Numbered from the stretch's first letter, positions 28,870 through 40,611 are shown. The stretch: 64,000 nt of DNA from Candidatus Heimdallarchaeota archaeon (GCA_019058275.1 JAHLVW010000066.1:230781-294780); one strand, 5' to 3'. The notes: a model not told the origin generated them from the letters alone. Translations and numbers: made by a program.

Positions 28870-30618
28870 GTGGGTACTAAATCATTGGTAAAGAACAAGA
28901 ATAGTTGGTTAATTTATGCTTGCTTTATGATTATCCTAATAACAAACATTAATTTGCTGAGTAATTATACAACTGAAATTCCAGAACTATATAATCCTGA
29001 ACTTGTTGAAATAAAAGCATATTATCCTTCAGCATTAACTAGTCCGCTATTTACATTGGATATGTTAACCAATCAACTATCCACTAATTTTAGAGAGAAC
29101 ATTTGTTTAGAAGTACAAGAAGATTTGGAAGCAATTGGTATAGGTGTTAACTTAAATTCCTCAGATTGGACTTATGTGACAGATCAATTATTGAATAGAA
29201 ATGAATATGATATGTTTTTTGTTGGTTTATATGCAGGGATTTTATTTGATCCTGATTGGTCCCATTTATTCGCTGAAAATGGCTCATTAAGTGCTTATTT
29301 TGGTTATGATACATCAATGGATTACAATAGTACCTATGGTACAGGACTTAACCAATGGTATCTTGAACAAGGAAGGTTAATGATGCCTCCTAACTCCACG
29401 GCTAGAATAAATCACTATTGGGAATGGCAAGAGTATTTTATGAATGAGATATTATCATACATTCCTGGATTTTATGCGTTACATTTTGAATCAATGTGGT
29501 CTAATTTAAATGGTTATAATGCTACTGAAGGTTTATTGAAATCCTTAGGAAAAATGAGTTGGTCAGGATCACATTTAGGTCAAGCAAGTACCTCAGAGGT
29601 AGTACTCACAGATTGGATGTGGTTAAATCTTAATCCTTTAAGACATGAGGATGAGGTTGAGGTTGGAAATACATATATAAAAGATGCATTAATGGATCGG
29701 TTAGTTTATTATGATAGAGATTTAAACGTTTATCCTCATATCATCAGTGATTGGAACCATATAAATGATACCCATGTTCGTCTAACTGTAAGGGATGGTA
29801 TAAAGTGGCAAACTGATCCAGATAGTTTATTTCCAAATGAATATCTAGATGCAAGAGATGTTTATTTTTCATTATTTAGTTACAAAAATTTGGCTAATAT
29901 AACCAAAGATTGGATAGATGAAATAGAGATCATAGATGATCATACAGTTGATTTATTCATTGATGAGAATATTTCTACAATAACAAATGATCCTTATTGC
30001 AGTTATTTGAGAGAATTTAACGACATGAGTGTTTTACCTGAACATTATTTGAATCAAACGCAATTAGCAGATGGCATTACACCAAATATGACTCATTCAT
30101 CTTGGACAAAATTTAACACACAAGCATTTGGAACAGGTCCATTTGAACTATCAGCTTATTTAGATTATGATCATACAAATCTTACACTCTTTAATGATTC
30201 ATGGTGGTTTAACGCAACAGTAAACAACGACCCAAGACTTGATTTCACACAAAGATTTGGTGATTTTTCAGGAGGTATATCTGATCTAAGAATAATGGTT
30301 TACTATGATGAAACTGAGATACATAATGAATTTGAAGCAGGTAGACTAGATCTTATCGATATATCAGATAATCAAACAAAAAAAATAGAATATTCCGGTA
30401 ATTCAAATTATGATATTCAAACAAAAATAAGAACTACACACACATTTTGGGGTATCAACGTAAGAGAAAGTAGAGGAACACCAATGCAAAGCATGGATCC
30501 TTGTCCTCTTATACCAGGAATGACTGTTGGATTAGCTGTTAGAAAAGCAATTGCTCATGCAATAGATAAAGATAGTATAGCTAGCTTGTATGTAGGAGCA
30601 AATGGAAGAAGCAATTGA
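28870..30618 (+). CDS. Family-5 ABC solute-binding protein, circularly permuted, probably C-terminally truncated
   Basis: Signal/TM; LEAIGIGV...DW...YDM segment comes before LNPL, VRDGIKW, DVYFS, GTGPFEL and VRKAIAHAID; ends abruptly at the LLM fragment. Confidence 0.8.
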   Translation: MGTKSLVKNKNSWLIYACFMIILITNINLLSNYTTEIPELYNPELVEIKAYYPSALTSPLFTLDMLTNQLSTNFRENICLEVQEDLEAIGIGVNLNSSDWTYVTDQLLNRNEYDMFFVGLYAGILFDPDWSHLFAENGSLSAYFGYDTSMDYNSTYGTGLNQWYLEQGRLMMPPNSTARINHYWEWQEYFMNEILSYIPGFYALHFESMWSNLNGYNATEGLLKSLGKMSWSGSHLGQASTSEVVLTDWMWLNLNPLRHEDEVEVGNTYIKDALMDRLVYYDRDLNVYPHIISDWNHINDTHVRLTVRDGIKWQTDPDSLFPNEYLDARDVYFSLFSYKNLANITKDWIDEIEIIDDHTVDLFIDENISTITNDPYCSYLREFNDMSVLPEHYLNQTQLADGITPNMTHSSWTKFNTQAFGTGPFELSAYLDYDHTNLTLFNDSWWFNATVNNDPRLDFTQRFGDFSGGISDLRIMVYYDETEIHNEFEAGRLDLIDISDNQTKKIEYSGNSNYDIQTKIRTTHTFWGINVRESRGTPMQSMDPCPLIPGMTVGLAVRKAIAHAIDKDSIASLYVGANGRSN

Positions 30619-31177
30619 AATAATAAAACTACTCTGGACAGAACATAAAGTAACGTATGAGGGTAAGCATTACAAGATACAAGATGCTTTTTCAGCACCA
30701 AAACCTGTTCAGAAACCACATCCACCTGTAATGATTGGAGGAATGGGAGAAAAAGTGCTTCTTAAAATGGTTGCAAAACATGCTGATTAGTGCAACTTGA
30801 TGCCTAATGAAAGAACGCAACAAGCACTCGATGCCTTGAAAGAACATTGTAAGGAAATTGGTAGAGATTATTCAGATGTAAAGAAGAGTCTTTTTGTTGT
30901 AGGTATACCTGTTTTTGTTACAGAGTCCAAGGAAGAGCTTGATGGGTTTCTCAAAGAGTTAGCTGAAAGATATAGTCGACCTTTGAAACAAATAAAAGCA
31001 CGCTTCTCGAGTGGAGGTCCTGGTGTATGGGCAGGAACGCTAGAGGAAATAATAGAACGATTCCAATACTACATCGACATGGGTTTTGAATATTTCCAGG
31101 TCTTATTCAATGGACATGATGAAAAAATTGTTGATTATAGCAAGGATTTTGCTGAAAAAGTAATGAAGAAATTTTAA
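30596..31177 (+). pseudogene. LLM-class (luciferase-like) oxidoreductase, 5'-truncated with an in-frame TAG
   Basis: EQMEEAIEIIKLLWTE...PKPVQKPHPPVMIGGMGEK..LKMVAKHAD*CNLM... ORFs 30602-30790 and 30797-31177 share one frame; the N-terminal part is missing. Confidence 0.85.
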
Positions 31178-31199
31178 CTTCATTATTTTATTTTCTATT

Positions 31200-32264
31200 T
31201 TAGCTAATGTTTTCATTAATTTCTAGTTTCTCATAGAATTTTAAAACTGATAATGCATGAAATGTCAACCATTTGCTTTTTTGATTTACTTCCTCAATTT
31301 GTGTATGCATTGGTGATCTAGTTTTAATTTTATTAATCCATGCACCATTAACTGCATTGTTTTTGATTAATTCTAATGCATCAGACATTTGATTCGAATA
31401 CTTAACTTTTGCTGAGACTAACGATCGCATTGCATCCAATGCATCTGAAGTATAACTATGTGGAAAACTAAATTCTGTCCATCCAGTTTTAGCTACTTTT
31501 GCCATATCTGGATTTTCTTTCAGCATTCTCTTTTTTTCTTCTCTTCTTTGTTGACTGGTTAGTTTCTTTTCTCTTATGTATTTTAGATATTCATTATTTT
31601 TTTCAGGCAAATACTTGTAAATTTGGTTATCTAGTAATCTTTCAACACATAAATTAATTCCTTTAGTTACTCGAGGATTTCGTTTCTTTTCTGGAATCAT
31701 GCTCAATGCAAAAAGGATTTTTGGCATTACCATATAACAATTTTTCAACAACCCAATGGTTTGACACCGTATTTTACCATTTCTATCAACAAACCAATTA
31801 AGCAAAAATTCTAAAGCATTATGTGTGCGATCATCATCTAAATAATCATAATGAATCAAAACACGAAGCATGTTTGCAGTTAGACATTCTGCAACAAGGG
31901 AATTTGTACCAGAAACCAAAAAACCACCATTAGGTGCTTGTCCAGTTGAAAAAATATGTTCTATTGCATTTGTTATTCGCTTATTTTTCTGGGCATGCAT
32001 TTCATATAAAAATAAAAGCTGCCAATAAGTTCCCAAATATTTCTTGTAATTTTGGTTCTTTTTCTTATCAAACCAATAGCTATTTTCCTTTTGTTTAGCA
32101 AAGATGTCCGCGATAGGTTTGTAAGTATTTATTTTTTGAATAGTTTCTTGAATGATACTGGAATCCTCCTTTTCATCCAACAGTTTTGTAAGTGTGAGAT
32201 ATTTTACAGGAGGATTTTCATCTTCTAAAAGCCAATTGATAATACTGTTATCTACCTTATACAA
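31200..32264 (-). CDS. Hypothetical protein, probable alpha/alpha-toroid (prenyltransferase/squalene-cyclase-repeat-like)
   Basis: WLLEDENPPVKY, QKENSYW, QAPNGGF, FSFPHSYTSD, SKWLT motifs. Confidence 0.65.
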   Translation of the reverse strand: MYKVDNSIINWLLEDENPPVKYLTLTKLLDEKEDSSIIQETIQKINTYKPIADIFAKQKENSYWFDKKKNQNYKKYLGTYWQLLFLYEMHAQKNKRITNAIEHIFSTGQAPNGGFLVSGTNSLVAECLTANMLRVLIHYDYLDDDRTHNALEFLLNWFVDRNGKIRCQTIGLLKNCYMVMPKILFALSMIPEKKRNPRVTKGINLCVERLLDNQIYKYLPEKNNEYLKYIREKKLTSQQRREEKKRMLKENPDMAKVAKTGWTEFSFPHSYTSDALDAMRSLVSAKVKYSNQMSDALELIKNNAVNGAWINKIKTRSPMHTQIEEVNQKSKWLTFHALSVLKFYEKLEINENIS

Positions 32265-32326
32265 GGTTATTCTACCCTAATTATCCAGTAAAATTTTTCA
32301 TAAAAGATTTTTGAAAACTTGGATTA

Positions 32327-33182
32327 TTAATGAAGTTTCTTTGTAAAAGCTACTACTATGTTTTTCCCACCATTCCAAACTTTGCCATATTTGAAATTTA
32401 ATTCCAAAACATTTGGTGATAATTCCTCTGGGCACAAACAAAACAAAGTCTTATTCCATTTAGCATTTCGTTTAATAAAATCTAGCAGTAAATCTCTAAT
32501 GTTTTTTGATGAACCATATAAAATTCCTTTAATAAATGCCACTTTATTTGTGTATGAATCTTTTTCAAGATATTCAAATAATAACGAGTCACTCACTATG
32601 TAAAAATTCATGTCGGGATTTGATTCAAAGTACTCCTTTTCTAATGGTGCATAATTCCAACCTATACATATCTCTTCCATTTGAAATCTTATTTAGAAAA
32701 AGTATTGCTTCAGCAGCATCAATATGAGTTGGTGTTTTATACTTTTCACTTAAATTGGGAAAATGTTCGTGTTTAAGATAAAAAGTAACCATTTCATGTC
32801 CTCTTTGAAATCTATTTAGTTCACCAATTCGACATGAACCTTTGTTCTCTGTTACTGTTTGAAAACCTATTTTCTCAAAATTTCTGCTTCTAGCTAATTC
32901 TTCGCCAAAATTAAAAAGAGCTGTTCCAATTCCCCTTTTCTGATATTCTCCATGAACTCTAATACTTTCAATCCAAGCAAATTTCTCTGTTTTTTCTGTT
33001 AAACAGCCTACCCCAACAAGCTTATCATCAAGAAAAGCCCCATAAATTAAACACTCAGAATTATGTATGTATGCACTTGCAGTTTCTCCTATTTTTGGAC
33101 TATTTAACAATCCCATTGAATCAGAGAGTTCCTTAATATCAGCAAGATCATTGTTATCAAGTTCTCGAAATGCCAGATTCAA
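32327..33182 (-). pseudogene. GNAT acetyltransferase split by a frameshift (or sequencing error)
   Basis: IRVHGEYQKRGIGTAL acetyl-CoA motif in 32625-33329 (likely TTG start at 33182); the C-terminal half continues in the overlapping frame 32327-32680 (EEICIGWNYAPL); shift near 32677. Confidence 0.7.
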
Positions 33183-33323
33183 ATTATTGACCCCATAGCT
33201 AATAGCTAATATTAATTTATTAATAAAAAAGCAATGATCAATCAATATTTTATTACTAACAATTTTCACTTCTACTTCAATAAATATAAAAACCAACAAT
33301 TGAAATAAACCAAGTGAAGTGTT

Positions 33324-34601
33324 TTGCATAGGGAATTGAACGAGTTAGAATATCTTAGCCTTGCAATTGGACAACCATTCAATGTAGCAGTTGTTTTAAG
33401 GATAAACGGAAAAATTAGCAAAAATTTAGTTGAAAAGTTAATGACTAAATTACAGAAAAGACATCCTTTGTTGCAGGTAAGACTTATATTTGATGATAAC
33501 AATCGCCCATATTCTACATCGAAAAATGTTGGAAAAATACCTGTAACTGAATACAAACGTGTAGATGATTCGCAAGCCATGAAAGAATTCCATAGACAAC
33601 TTACTACTCCATTCGATTTATCGAATAACAAGTTACCTCTAATTAGAGTAGTACTTTATTCTTCCACTGAAAAATCTGATTTAGTAGTTTGTTCTTACCA
33701 CACAATTTCAGATGGTTACTCTATGTTATTCTTAACTAAAGATTTGTTGAAATTCATGGCGAATCCTGATATGTCCATTGAGGTAATTGATTTTCCTACT
33801 AAAGATGTTGATTTATTCACACCAAAAGTTAGGAAAATGATACCTAAACGACCATTTTTCGCACATTTACTTCATATAGCACTTCGACTGTATAATTTCT
33901 TTCGTTATTTATTTGTAGGGAAAATAAAAACTGCTAAAATAAACGTTCATAAGGATGATTTAGAGATTCATTCAACTAAATTATCAAAAGAACAGTCAGC
34001 TAAATTCTTAGAAAAATGCAAAACTGAAAATATATCAGTGCATAGTGCTGTTAGTACAGTTTTTATCCATGAACATCCAATAATCGCCAGTCCTGTTAAC
34101 ATACGAAAATGATTAAATCATGATGTTGGTGAAGCATTTGGTTTTTATTCTGGATTAGCTGTTTACAAACAAAAATATCGCAAAAGGTTGAACTTCTGGC
34201 AGAATGCTCGTAAAGTGCAAAAAAAATTGATGAAAAGTTTACGTGATAGAAAGCTCTTCTTTATACAAAAAATATTTTCAAAAGCAGCATCAGTTAAATT
34301 ACTTCGAAAAATTGGCACATTTTATGTTGAGATAATGACTAGAAAGAAACCTTTTTCATTAGATAATTTAGGATTATTAGACAAACACTTTCAAGATATT
34401 GATCTTAGTAAAATACCACCAATAGAAACATTTTATGGCGGAATTACGAGTCTTCTTGATGCGATAATAGTGCTATTCTATACGATTAGAGGGGAAATGC
34501 ATTTCATATATCACTATACTAAAAACAAATTTTCTTCTAAAGAAATAAAAACATACGCTGAAACCATACTACAAAGATTAGCAAATGCTGTAGGAATGTA
34601 A
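33324..34601 (+). pseudogene. Condensation/alcohol-acetyltransferase-like protein with an in-frame TGA
   Basis: RHPLL, YHTISDG (HHxxxDG-like), SPVNIRK*LNHDVGEAFGFYSG. The TGA at 34110-34112 is in frame with ORF 34188-34601. Confidence 0.8.
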
Positions 34602-34711
34602 AATCAATTATTCATCGAACTGTTTCGATAAATCATATTGACATTTACTAAAAACCTTGTGAATGATATCAAAGCGCCTTTGCGTAAAACAATTAGTTGA
34701 AATTAATAATC

Positions 34712-37048
34712 CTAAGATATGTGTTTTGAGAAATAAGATTTCCTTTGAATAATTATTGTGAAACCAAACAATAAAGGTATTACTAGTATAATCAAGAAGC
34801 TTAACCAAAAAATGATTTGCACAGGATAATATTGTTGTATTGGATACATAACAGTTGGTAGTTGTATATACAAATAGAGAATTCCTAATGAAATTCCTAG
34901 TAATGCTGAAATAAATAATATTAAAATCAAATTATTAAATTGTCTTGTTTTAATAAATACAATTGACATTCCTCTTTGATAAAACACAATCATGGCATTT
35001 CTAATTTTTGCTAGAATTTGTTTTATACAAAGCCAAATTACAGCTAATGATATTAGGATAAAATAAACTTGAAAAATGATGTTAAAAACATCGTAATTTA
35101 CTAAATAAGGTCTATCAATTTCTTGAATTGGTGCATCTAATTTTTTTTCTAAATAGTCTATTACCTCACTATTATTTTTTTCAGCAATGATATTTATATA
35201 AAGATTTGATACTCTAGATATATTACTATATTGCATATTATAAGATGAAACAATGAAAGGTCTACCTGGTTCTTTCTTTACAAATGGAAAATAATCTGTA
35301 ATTTTAATTTCTTGATTAATATAAACTGATGAACCATTTTCTCCCATCTTTGTTAAAAAATAATCTCCATCTACATAATTGAATTCTTTTGCAAAATCTT
35401 TTGACATATAAACCAATCCTTCTTTTAATACGGATAAACCATAATATTTGTTTATATTAGGTAATAATTCTTGAAGTATTGTAAAATTCATCAGGTAAAG
35501 ATCATAATCTAGAAAGAAACTTTCATGTGTATGAGTGAATGGTAGTACCGTTGTAATTAGTTCCTTGTTTTGTATATTTGAAACATTAAATAAATAGATG
35601 TCAGTAGAAACTACTAAATCAGTTGGATACTCCATCTCAATATTCAAAGTGTAATTTTTAGAATAGGTCTGAAAACCGCCTAATATAACCGTAGAACCCC
35701 ATGTTAGAAGCAAAGTTGTATGAATTAATTGTCGAAAAACGTACTCCTTTTTATTAAATAATTTGTTAAAGAGATTTTTCATTCCAAACTTATTAAAAAG
35801 CCTAGTAGCAATCTTCTTAATGAAAATTTCTACAATAAGTAAAGTAATAATGAAATACTGTATTATTTGAGAAAAGAGTATTATATATGAGTATGTAGTT
35901 TCTGGAATGAGAGAATAGACAAATTCCCTAAGTAAAATAGGAGTTATTGAAACTATCAATAATATTAATACAAAAATAAACGTTGATTTAGAATTCAAAA
36001 TTGTTTGACCTAATAGATTGAATTTCTTATAATTTCTAAAAATAAAAAGAATTGAAAATATGCTTAAAACTATTGTTGATAAAAGGAAATCCATTCTTAT
36101 AATAAAATTTGTAATAAGTAATACAAATCCAATGATAATGAAACTGAATAGACTCACAATTAGTGGTAAATAAACTGAAATTACTTTTCCTCTTTTGGAT
36201 TCTAAACCTCTAATAAATAGCTTGTTTATTTTTTGTCTGATATCTCTTGAGAAATTGTCACTAAAAAATTCATTTAACCAAATTGTCACTATTAACATAA
36301 TTAATGAAACTAAAATTATTAAAGAATCAAATTGATTCTTGTAAGAAATAATATCTTCATTTAGATTAGCACTTTCTTCAAGTGAGCTATCAAGAGGAAT
36401 ATTATTACTTGACAAATAAACTTCTATTTTACCGTCAATCTCCCTCATTAAATTCAAATATGATTCAAGTGAACTAATCTTCCTTATTTTAAAATCAAAA
36501 ACATGTCCAATATATGATTCTCTAGACAAAACTTCAAAAGTTGATAAGTTTAAATTTTGGAAAAATTTATTGCTAAAAACCAATGAAAGTTCAAAAGGCA
36601 ACTCAGAGCTTTCAAGAAAATTATCTACTGATATGGTATTATTAAAATATTCAAATTGAGTAAGTGGAAAACTATTCCTTCTCAGATTAGTTGAATCTTC
36701 AGAAAAATCAATTCCAATTTTAAATGTTAGATTATCAACATTATAATTAGATATTAGTAATATAGAACAATTTGAATAATATCTGTTCCATTGCATACAA
36801 TAATTAGACAAATCATGTATAATTAATTCTAAATCTGAAATATTACTTGCTGAATAATTTAGCTCTAAATCATATGAGATCTCTAAGTCATCACTTTTTA
36901 CAGCAAGAAAATTTGTGACTGTTAGTTTATCGAAAATCGCTCCACTAATTGCAGGAGTAGAAACTATTAAGAGACTTAGTAATGTGTAAATGAAATGTTT
37001 AAAGTATAGCTTCCAATATCTTCTGAAGAAAAGTAATGAGATTTTCAA
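34712..37048 (-). CDS. FtsX/MacB-like ABC permease
   Basis: Multi-TM protein with FIRG and YQRG motifs; adjacent to a LolD-type ATPase. Confidence 0.7.
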   Translation of the reverse strand: MKISLLFFRRYWKLYFKHFIYTLLSLLIVSTPAISGAIFDKLTVTNFLAVKSDDLEISYDLELNYSASNISDLELIIHDLSNYCMQWNRYYSNCSILLISNYNVDNLTFKIGIDFSEDSTNLRRNSFPLTQFEYFNNTISVDNFLESSELPFELSLVFSNKFFQNLNLSTFEVLSRESYIGHVFDFKIRKISSLESYLNLMREIDGKIEVYLSSNNIPLDSSLEESANLNEDIISYKNQFDSLIILVSLIMLIVTIWLNEFFSDNFSRDIRQKINKLFIRGLESKRGKVISVYLPLIVSLFSFIIIGFVLLITNFIIRMDFLLSTIVLSIFSILFIFRNYKKFNLLGQTILNSKSTFIFVLILLIVSITPILLREFVYSLIPETTYSYIILFSQIIQYFIITLLIVEIFIKKIATRLFNKFGMKNLFNKLFNKKEYVFRQLIHTTLLLTWGSTVILGGFQTYSKNYTLNIEMEYPTDLVVSTDIYLFNVSNIQNKELITTVLPFTHTHESFFLDYDLYLMNFTILQELLPNINKYYGLSVLKEGLVYMSKDFAKEFNYVDGDYFLTKMGENGSSVYINQEIKITDYFPFVKKEPGRPFIVSSYNMQYSNISRVSNLYINIIAEKNNSEVIDYLEKKLDAPIQEIDRPYLVNYDVFNIIFQVYFILISLAVIWLCIKQILAKIRNAMIVFYQRGMSIVFIKTRQFNNLILILFISALLGISLGILYLYIQLPTVMYPIQQYYPVQIIFWLSFLIILVIPLLFGFTIIIQRKSYFSKHIS

Positions 37049-37055
37049 ATAAGAA

Positions 37056-37718
37056 TCACCTTATTAATTTTGGCAAATCAATTACTCTATCAATCCTTTC
37101 CATAATAAATGGATCATGTGTAGCAATGACCAGTGATTTGTTTAGATTTTTACATTTGCTAATGAGTAAATCAATGACATTCTCTCTAGATACTAAGTCA
37201 AGATTACCTGTAGGTTCATCTGCTAGAATAATGTCAGGATCATTCGCAAGTGCGACTGCAATAGCTACTCTTTGTTGTTCTCCGCCTGAAAGATAGTTTG
37301 GGAAAGTTTTTGTGTAACGTTGAATATCTAATGTTTTTAAAAGTTCATTCACTCGTGCATCAATTTCTGACTTGGATTTCTTTGCGATTAACATTGGTAG
37401 AGCAACATTTTCATAGATTGAAAATTCATTTATTAAATTAAAATCTTGGTAAATTAATCCTACTTGATCTCTTCGATACTCCACTAATTCATCATCTGAT
37501 AATTTAGTGATATCAATACCTGCAATTAATATTCGCCCACTTGTTGGTTTTAACACTCCACCAATACAAGATAATAGGCTTGTTTTCCCACTTCCACTTG
37601 GTCCAGCAACAGCTACAACTTCACCTTTATCGATTTCCTCATTGAAATTTTCTAAAGCAACCGTTTCTACAGTTCCTTGATAGATTTTGTATAAAGACTC
37701 TATGATTATATGTTTCAT
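37056..37718 (-). CDS. LolD/SalX/MacB-type ABC ATP-binding protein
   Basis: GPSGSGKT, LSGGEQQRVAIA, ILADEPTGNLD, ATHD. Confidence 0.95.
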   Translation of the reverse strand: MKHIIIESLYKIYQGTVETVALENFNEEIDKGEVVAVAGPSGSGKTSLLSCIGGVLKPTSGRILIAGIDITKLSDDELVEYRRDQVGLIYQDFNLINEFSIYENVALPMLIAKKSKSEIDARVNELLKTLDIQRYTKTFPNYLSGGEQQRVAIAVALANDPDIILADEPTGNLDLVSRENVIDLLISKCKNLNKSLVIATHDPFIMERIDRVIDLPKLIR

Positions 37719-37828
37719 TTCTCTTTTCCTTCTTCTGTAGTTTTAAGATTACTATTAAGATTAAATTTATGTAAACCTTTTATTCTTAATCCTATAATAT
37801 TTGATAATGAAAGATTTTTCGTTTTCAT

Positions 37829-40552
37829 TTACATAATCACCTTTTTTAATTGTTTAATAGTTAAAAGGTGAGTTACTGCAAGTGTTGCAATATTCACAAT
37901 TATGAATAATAAAATGAATAATCCCAATTGCATGAATAACTGATAATTTGTTGCTAGTAACAAACTAGGAAAATCATATCGAATATAGATAAATGCTACT
38001 ACAAGACCAGATAATAAACCAAAAAGGATACTGGAGCTATGGTTAATCATAATTCTTCTACTAGTATCCATTATAATCTTCTTGCTAGAATATCCTCTAG
38101 ATACTATTCTCTTCAGAGAAGGACTTATTTCTTTCAAAAATGAATAATTGAGAACAATAATTAACATAGGAAGTATTAAACATAAAAGAATAGCATCAAA
38201 AACAATGAAATATGTTTCAGCTTTGGTATCTGGTCTTACGAGGTAATTACCAACATCATCTAAAATTATTGTATTAAGATTTTCTTCAATATCAAAAAAT
38301 ATTCTGACCTTATCCACAATTACTTCTATTTCCTCTTCTCGTTCTATTTTTTCAAGAGATGGATCTATATTCAAATCAAGGGTTAATTCATCAACCATGA
38401 AATTCCCATCTAAATTACTATACACAAGCTCTAACAAAGAGAAATCAGCATAGATATAATTCATAGCATATGACTTAAATCCAATTCCTATTGGTAATGT
38501 GTCAACAATACCTATAATTGTTACGTTATTAATTCGATAAGATCTTTCATCTATATCATCCCAATATGGAGGTAATGAAAGATCGATTGAAATCGTATCA
38601 CCTTCTCTTAAACCAGATATTTCAGCTACTTCCTGGTTTATAATGATTGAATTTGTAGATAATTGAGATACATCCTCATTTGTATGATTATTTCCAACAT
38701 ATCCTATAAAATAATTCCATGAAACATCATAGCTTGAAAGTAAAGACGAATTTAATACAATAATTGTTGAAGTAATTGATTTATCATTTGCAACAAAAGA
38801 GACAGAACTACCTGAATTTGGAAAAACCAAATCGATTTCAGAGATGCTTTTAGGCAGATCGGGAATTTTACTGTAATTAAAGCCGGATGGAGGATTGAAA
38901 AGCTTCACATCCCAACCTATTTCTGTACTTTCAATATATGATCTTGTATAATTTATGTCTGATATCTTAAAAAACAGCAAAAATGTCAACAGAATACACA
39001 AACCAAAAGTAATAATACGTTGTTGTGCTATCTTCATCTTTAGCTTGTTTTTAAATAGCTTCTGAAACAAAGTTTCAAAATTAAAAATATCCTCATTTTT
39101 CTTTTTATTATTATATGATAAAAATGAATGCCCTAGAAGAGCAATAGAGATGGCTATGATGCTAAAAATATTTATCACTAACCTAATTGATCCTCTTAGT
39201 AATGGAAACCAGAATAAAGGTTCAAATATAGAATATAATTGTAGAAACAAAGCAATTAATAATATGATTAATGTAATTGTAATATTAAAGGAAATTTTTC
39301 TATTCTTTATTCGATGTTCATCCTGTTCTTCAAAAACAGTCTCAACTTCATTAACAGATAAAATACTCTTATGTTTGATTGAAAATCTAATAAATTTACT
39401 TATAGAAATAATAACGAATACAAGCATATTAGACATAAAAAGTGATAATAAAATAAAATATGGTAAATTAAACGCAAGAATAATTATGCTAAATAACAAT
39501 TGAGCAATAACAACCATTAGAAGATCAGTTATAATTTCAGAGATAATAAGGATAAATATTGTACGTTTCAGAGATAATCCTCTTGTCCATAAGAATTTAC
39601 CTTTCTTCTTAAGCAAATTATACATCCCTAAATCCACTGAAAAAATAATAATGATTACAATAATAATATTAGGTAATGAAAGAATCTGGATTGAATTAAT
39701 TTCATAGCCAATATCTGTTTTGATTGAATTTATTGCTGCTTGTAGATATGAACGAAAATGTATATAATCGCTTGTAAATCCTCCCTCTAAACAGTCTAAG
39801 AAAATCGAGAGCTCTTCTTCCTGTATTATTTGTTCAATCTTGTTAATAGATAATTGACTAAGATAATCATCATCAAATTGGACTAAAATGAATGCACTAA
39901 TAGCTAATGAATTTCTTGGAAATTTCATAATAATATTATTTAATGTTGTAAAATTAACACATAGAAATTGATCAAAATCATAGTAGAGGGGAGGTGTCAT
40001 ATCATATCGATGTAAAATGAATACTAAAGTATGATAATTGTCATCATATGAGAAGTTTTGAAAATCATTAATAAACAAACTGTAATTAGCAGAATTTGGA
40101 TCTTCTGGCAGAGATAAATTAATTGTACTATACGCTAAATCTTGTGAGCTTATTATTTTTCTATTTGGATAACCAAGAAAATCAAATAATGAATCAGTTA
40201 AACCAAAGATTGGTAAATGTATTGTTTGATTGTTTATTGTTGCATTTAAGCTTACTATTATACCATACTCTGTACGGGCTTCTTCAACATTTATACTTTC
40301 AAGAGTTTGGTTTATTGAAGTAAACTCAGTATTATTTAGTGATTGGTAACCAATGGTCGTATAACTATCAGTATCAATTCTTGCTAATTCTTCATTAAGA
40401 GCTAAAGTATAGGGGGTAGCTGTAGCAACAATTGTGATCCCTAGTAACCCTAACACAATCAGAAAAACTAATGCTGATGTTAAAACAGTTTTGAAATTTC
40501 GTTTGTAAAATAGTTTAAATAATTTGAATCTACACATTAATTTTTCATCCAT
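37829..40552 (-). CDS. FtsX/MacB-like ABC permease
   Basis: Two large extracellular domains, WTRGLS and VSRGYS motifs, many TM helices. Confidence 0.75.
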   Translation of the reverse strand: MDEKLMCRFKLFKLFYKRNFKTVLTSALVFLIVLGLLGITIVATATPYTLALNEELARIDTDSYTTIGYQSLNNTEFTSINQTLESINVEEARTEYGIIVSLNATINNQTIHLPIFGLTDSLFDFLGYPNRKIISSQDLAYSTINLSLPEDPNSANYSLFINDFQNFSYDDNYHTLVFILHRYDMTPPLYYDFDQFLCVNFTTLNNIIMKFPRNSLAISAFILVQFDDDYLSQLSINKIEQIIQEEELSIFLDCLEGGFTSDYIHFRSYLQAAINSIKTDIGYEINSIQILSLPNIIIVIIIIFSVDLGMYNLLKKKGKFLWTRGLSLKRTIFILIISEIITDLLMVVIAQLLFSIIILAFNLPYFILLSLFMSNMLVFVIISISKFIRFSIKHKSILSVNEVETVFEEQDEHRIKNRKISFNITITLIILLIALFLQLYSIFEPLFWFPLLRGSIRLVINIFSIIAISIALLGHSFLSYNNKKKNEDIFNFETLFQKLFKNKLKMKIAQQRIITFGLCILLTFLLFFKISDINYTRSYIESTEIGWDVKLFNPPSGFNYSKIPDLPKSISEIDLVFPNSGSSVSFVANDKSITSTIIVLNSSLLSSYDVSWNYFIGYVGNNHTNEDVSQLSTNSIIINQEVAEISGLREGDTISIDLSLPPYWDDIDERSYRINNVTIIGIVDTLPIGIGFKSYAMNYIYADFSLLELVYSNLDGNFMVDELTLDLNIDPSLEKIEREEEIEVIVDKVRIFFDIEENLNTIILDDVGNYLVRPDTKAETYFIVFDAILLCLILPMLIIVLNYSFLKEISPSLKRIVSRGYSSKKIIMDTSRRIMINHSSSILFGLLSGLVVAFIYIRYDFPSLLLATNYQLFMQLGLFILLFIIVNIATLAVTHLLTIKQLKKVIM

Positions 40553-40611
40553 TAAGTATAATCATATATTTATCTTTTATTTAAAAAAAAATATAAGGGT
40601 TTTGTGTTATT

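Noticed and set aside
30788-30790. In-frame TAG as pyrrolysine or stop-codon reassignment
   Set aside because: The position fits a Trp-like residue (TGG>TAG), the gene is already 5'-truncated, TAG ends other normal genes (4207, 54305, 55166), and no pyl genes are in the window.
34110-34112. In-frame TGA as selenocysteine
   Set aside because: The context PVNIRK*L fits Arg, not a Cys/redox site. I found no convincing SECIS downstream, and TGA is a normal stop elsewhere in the window.
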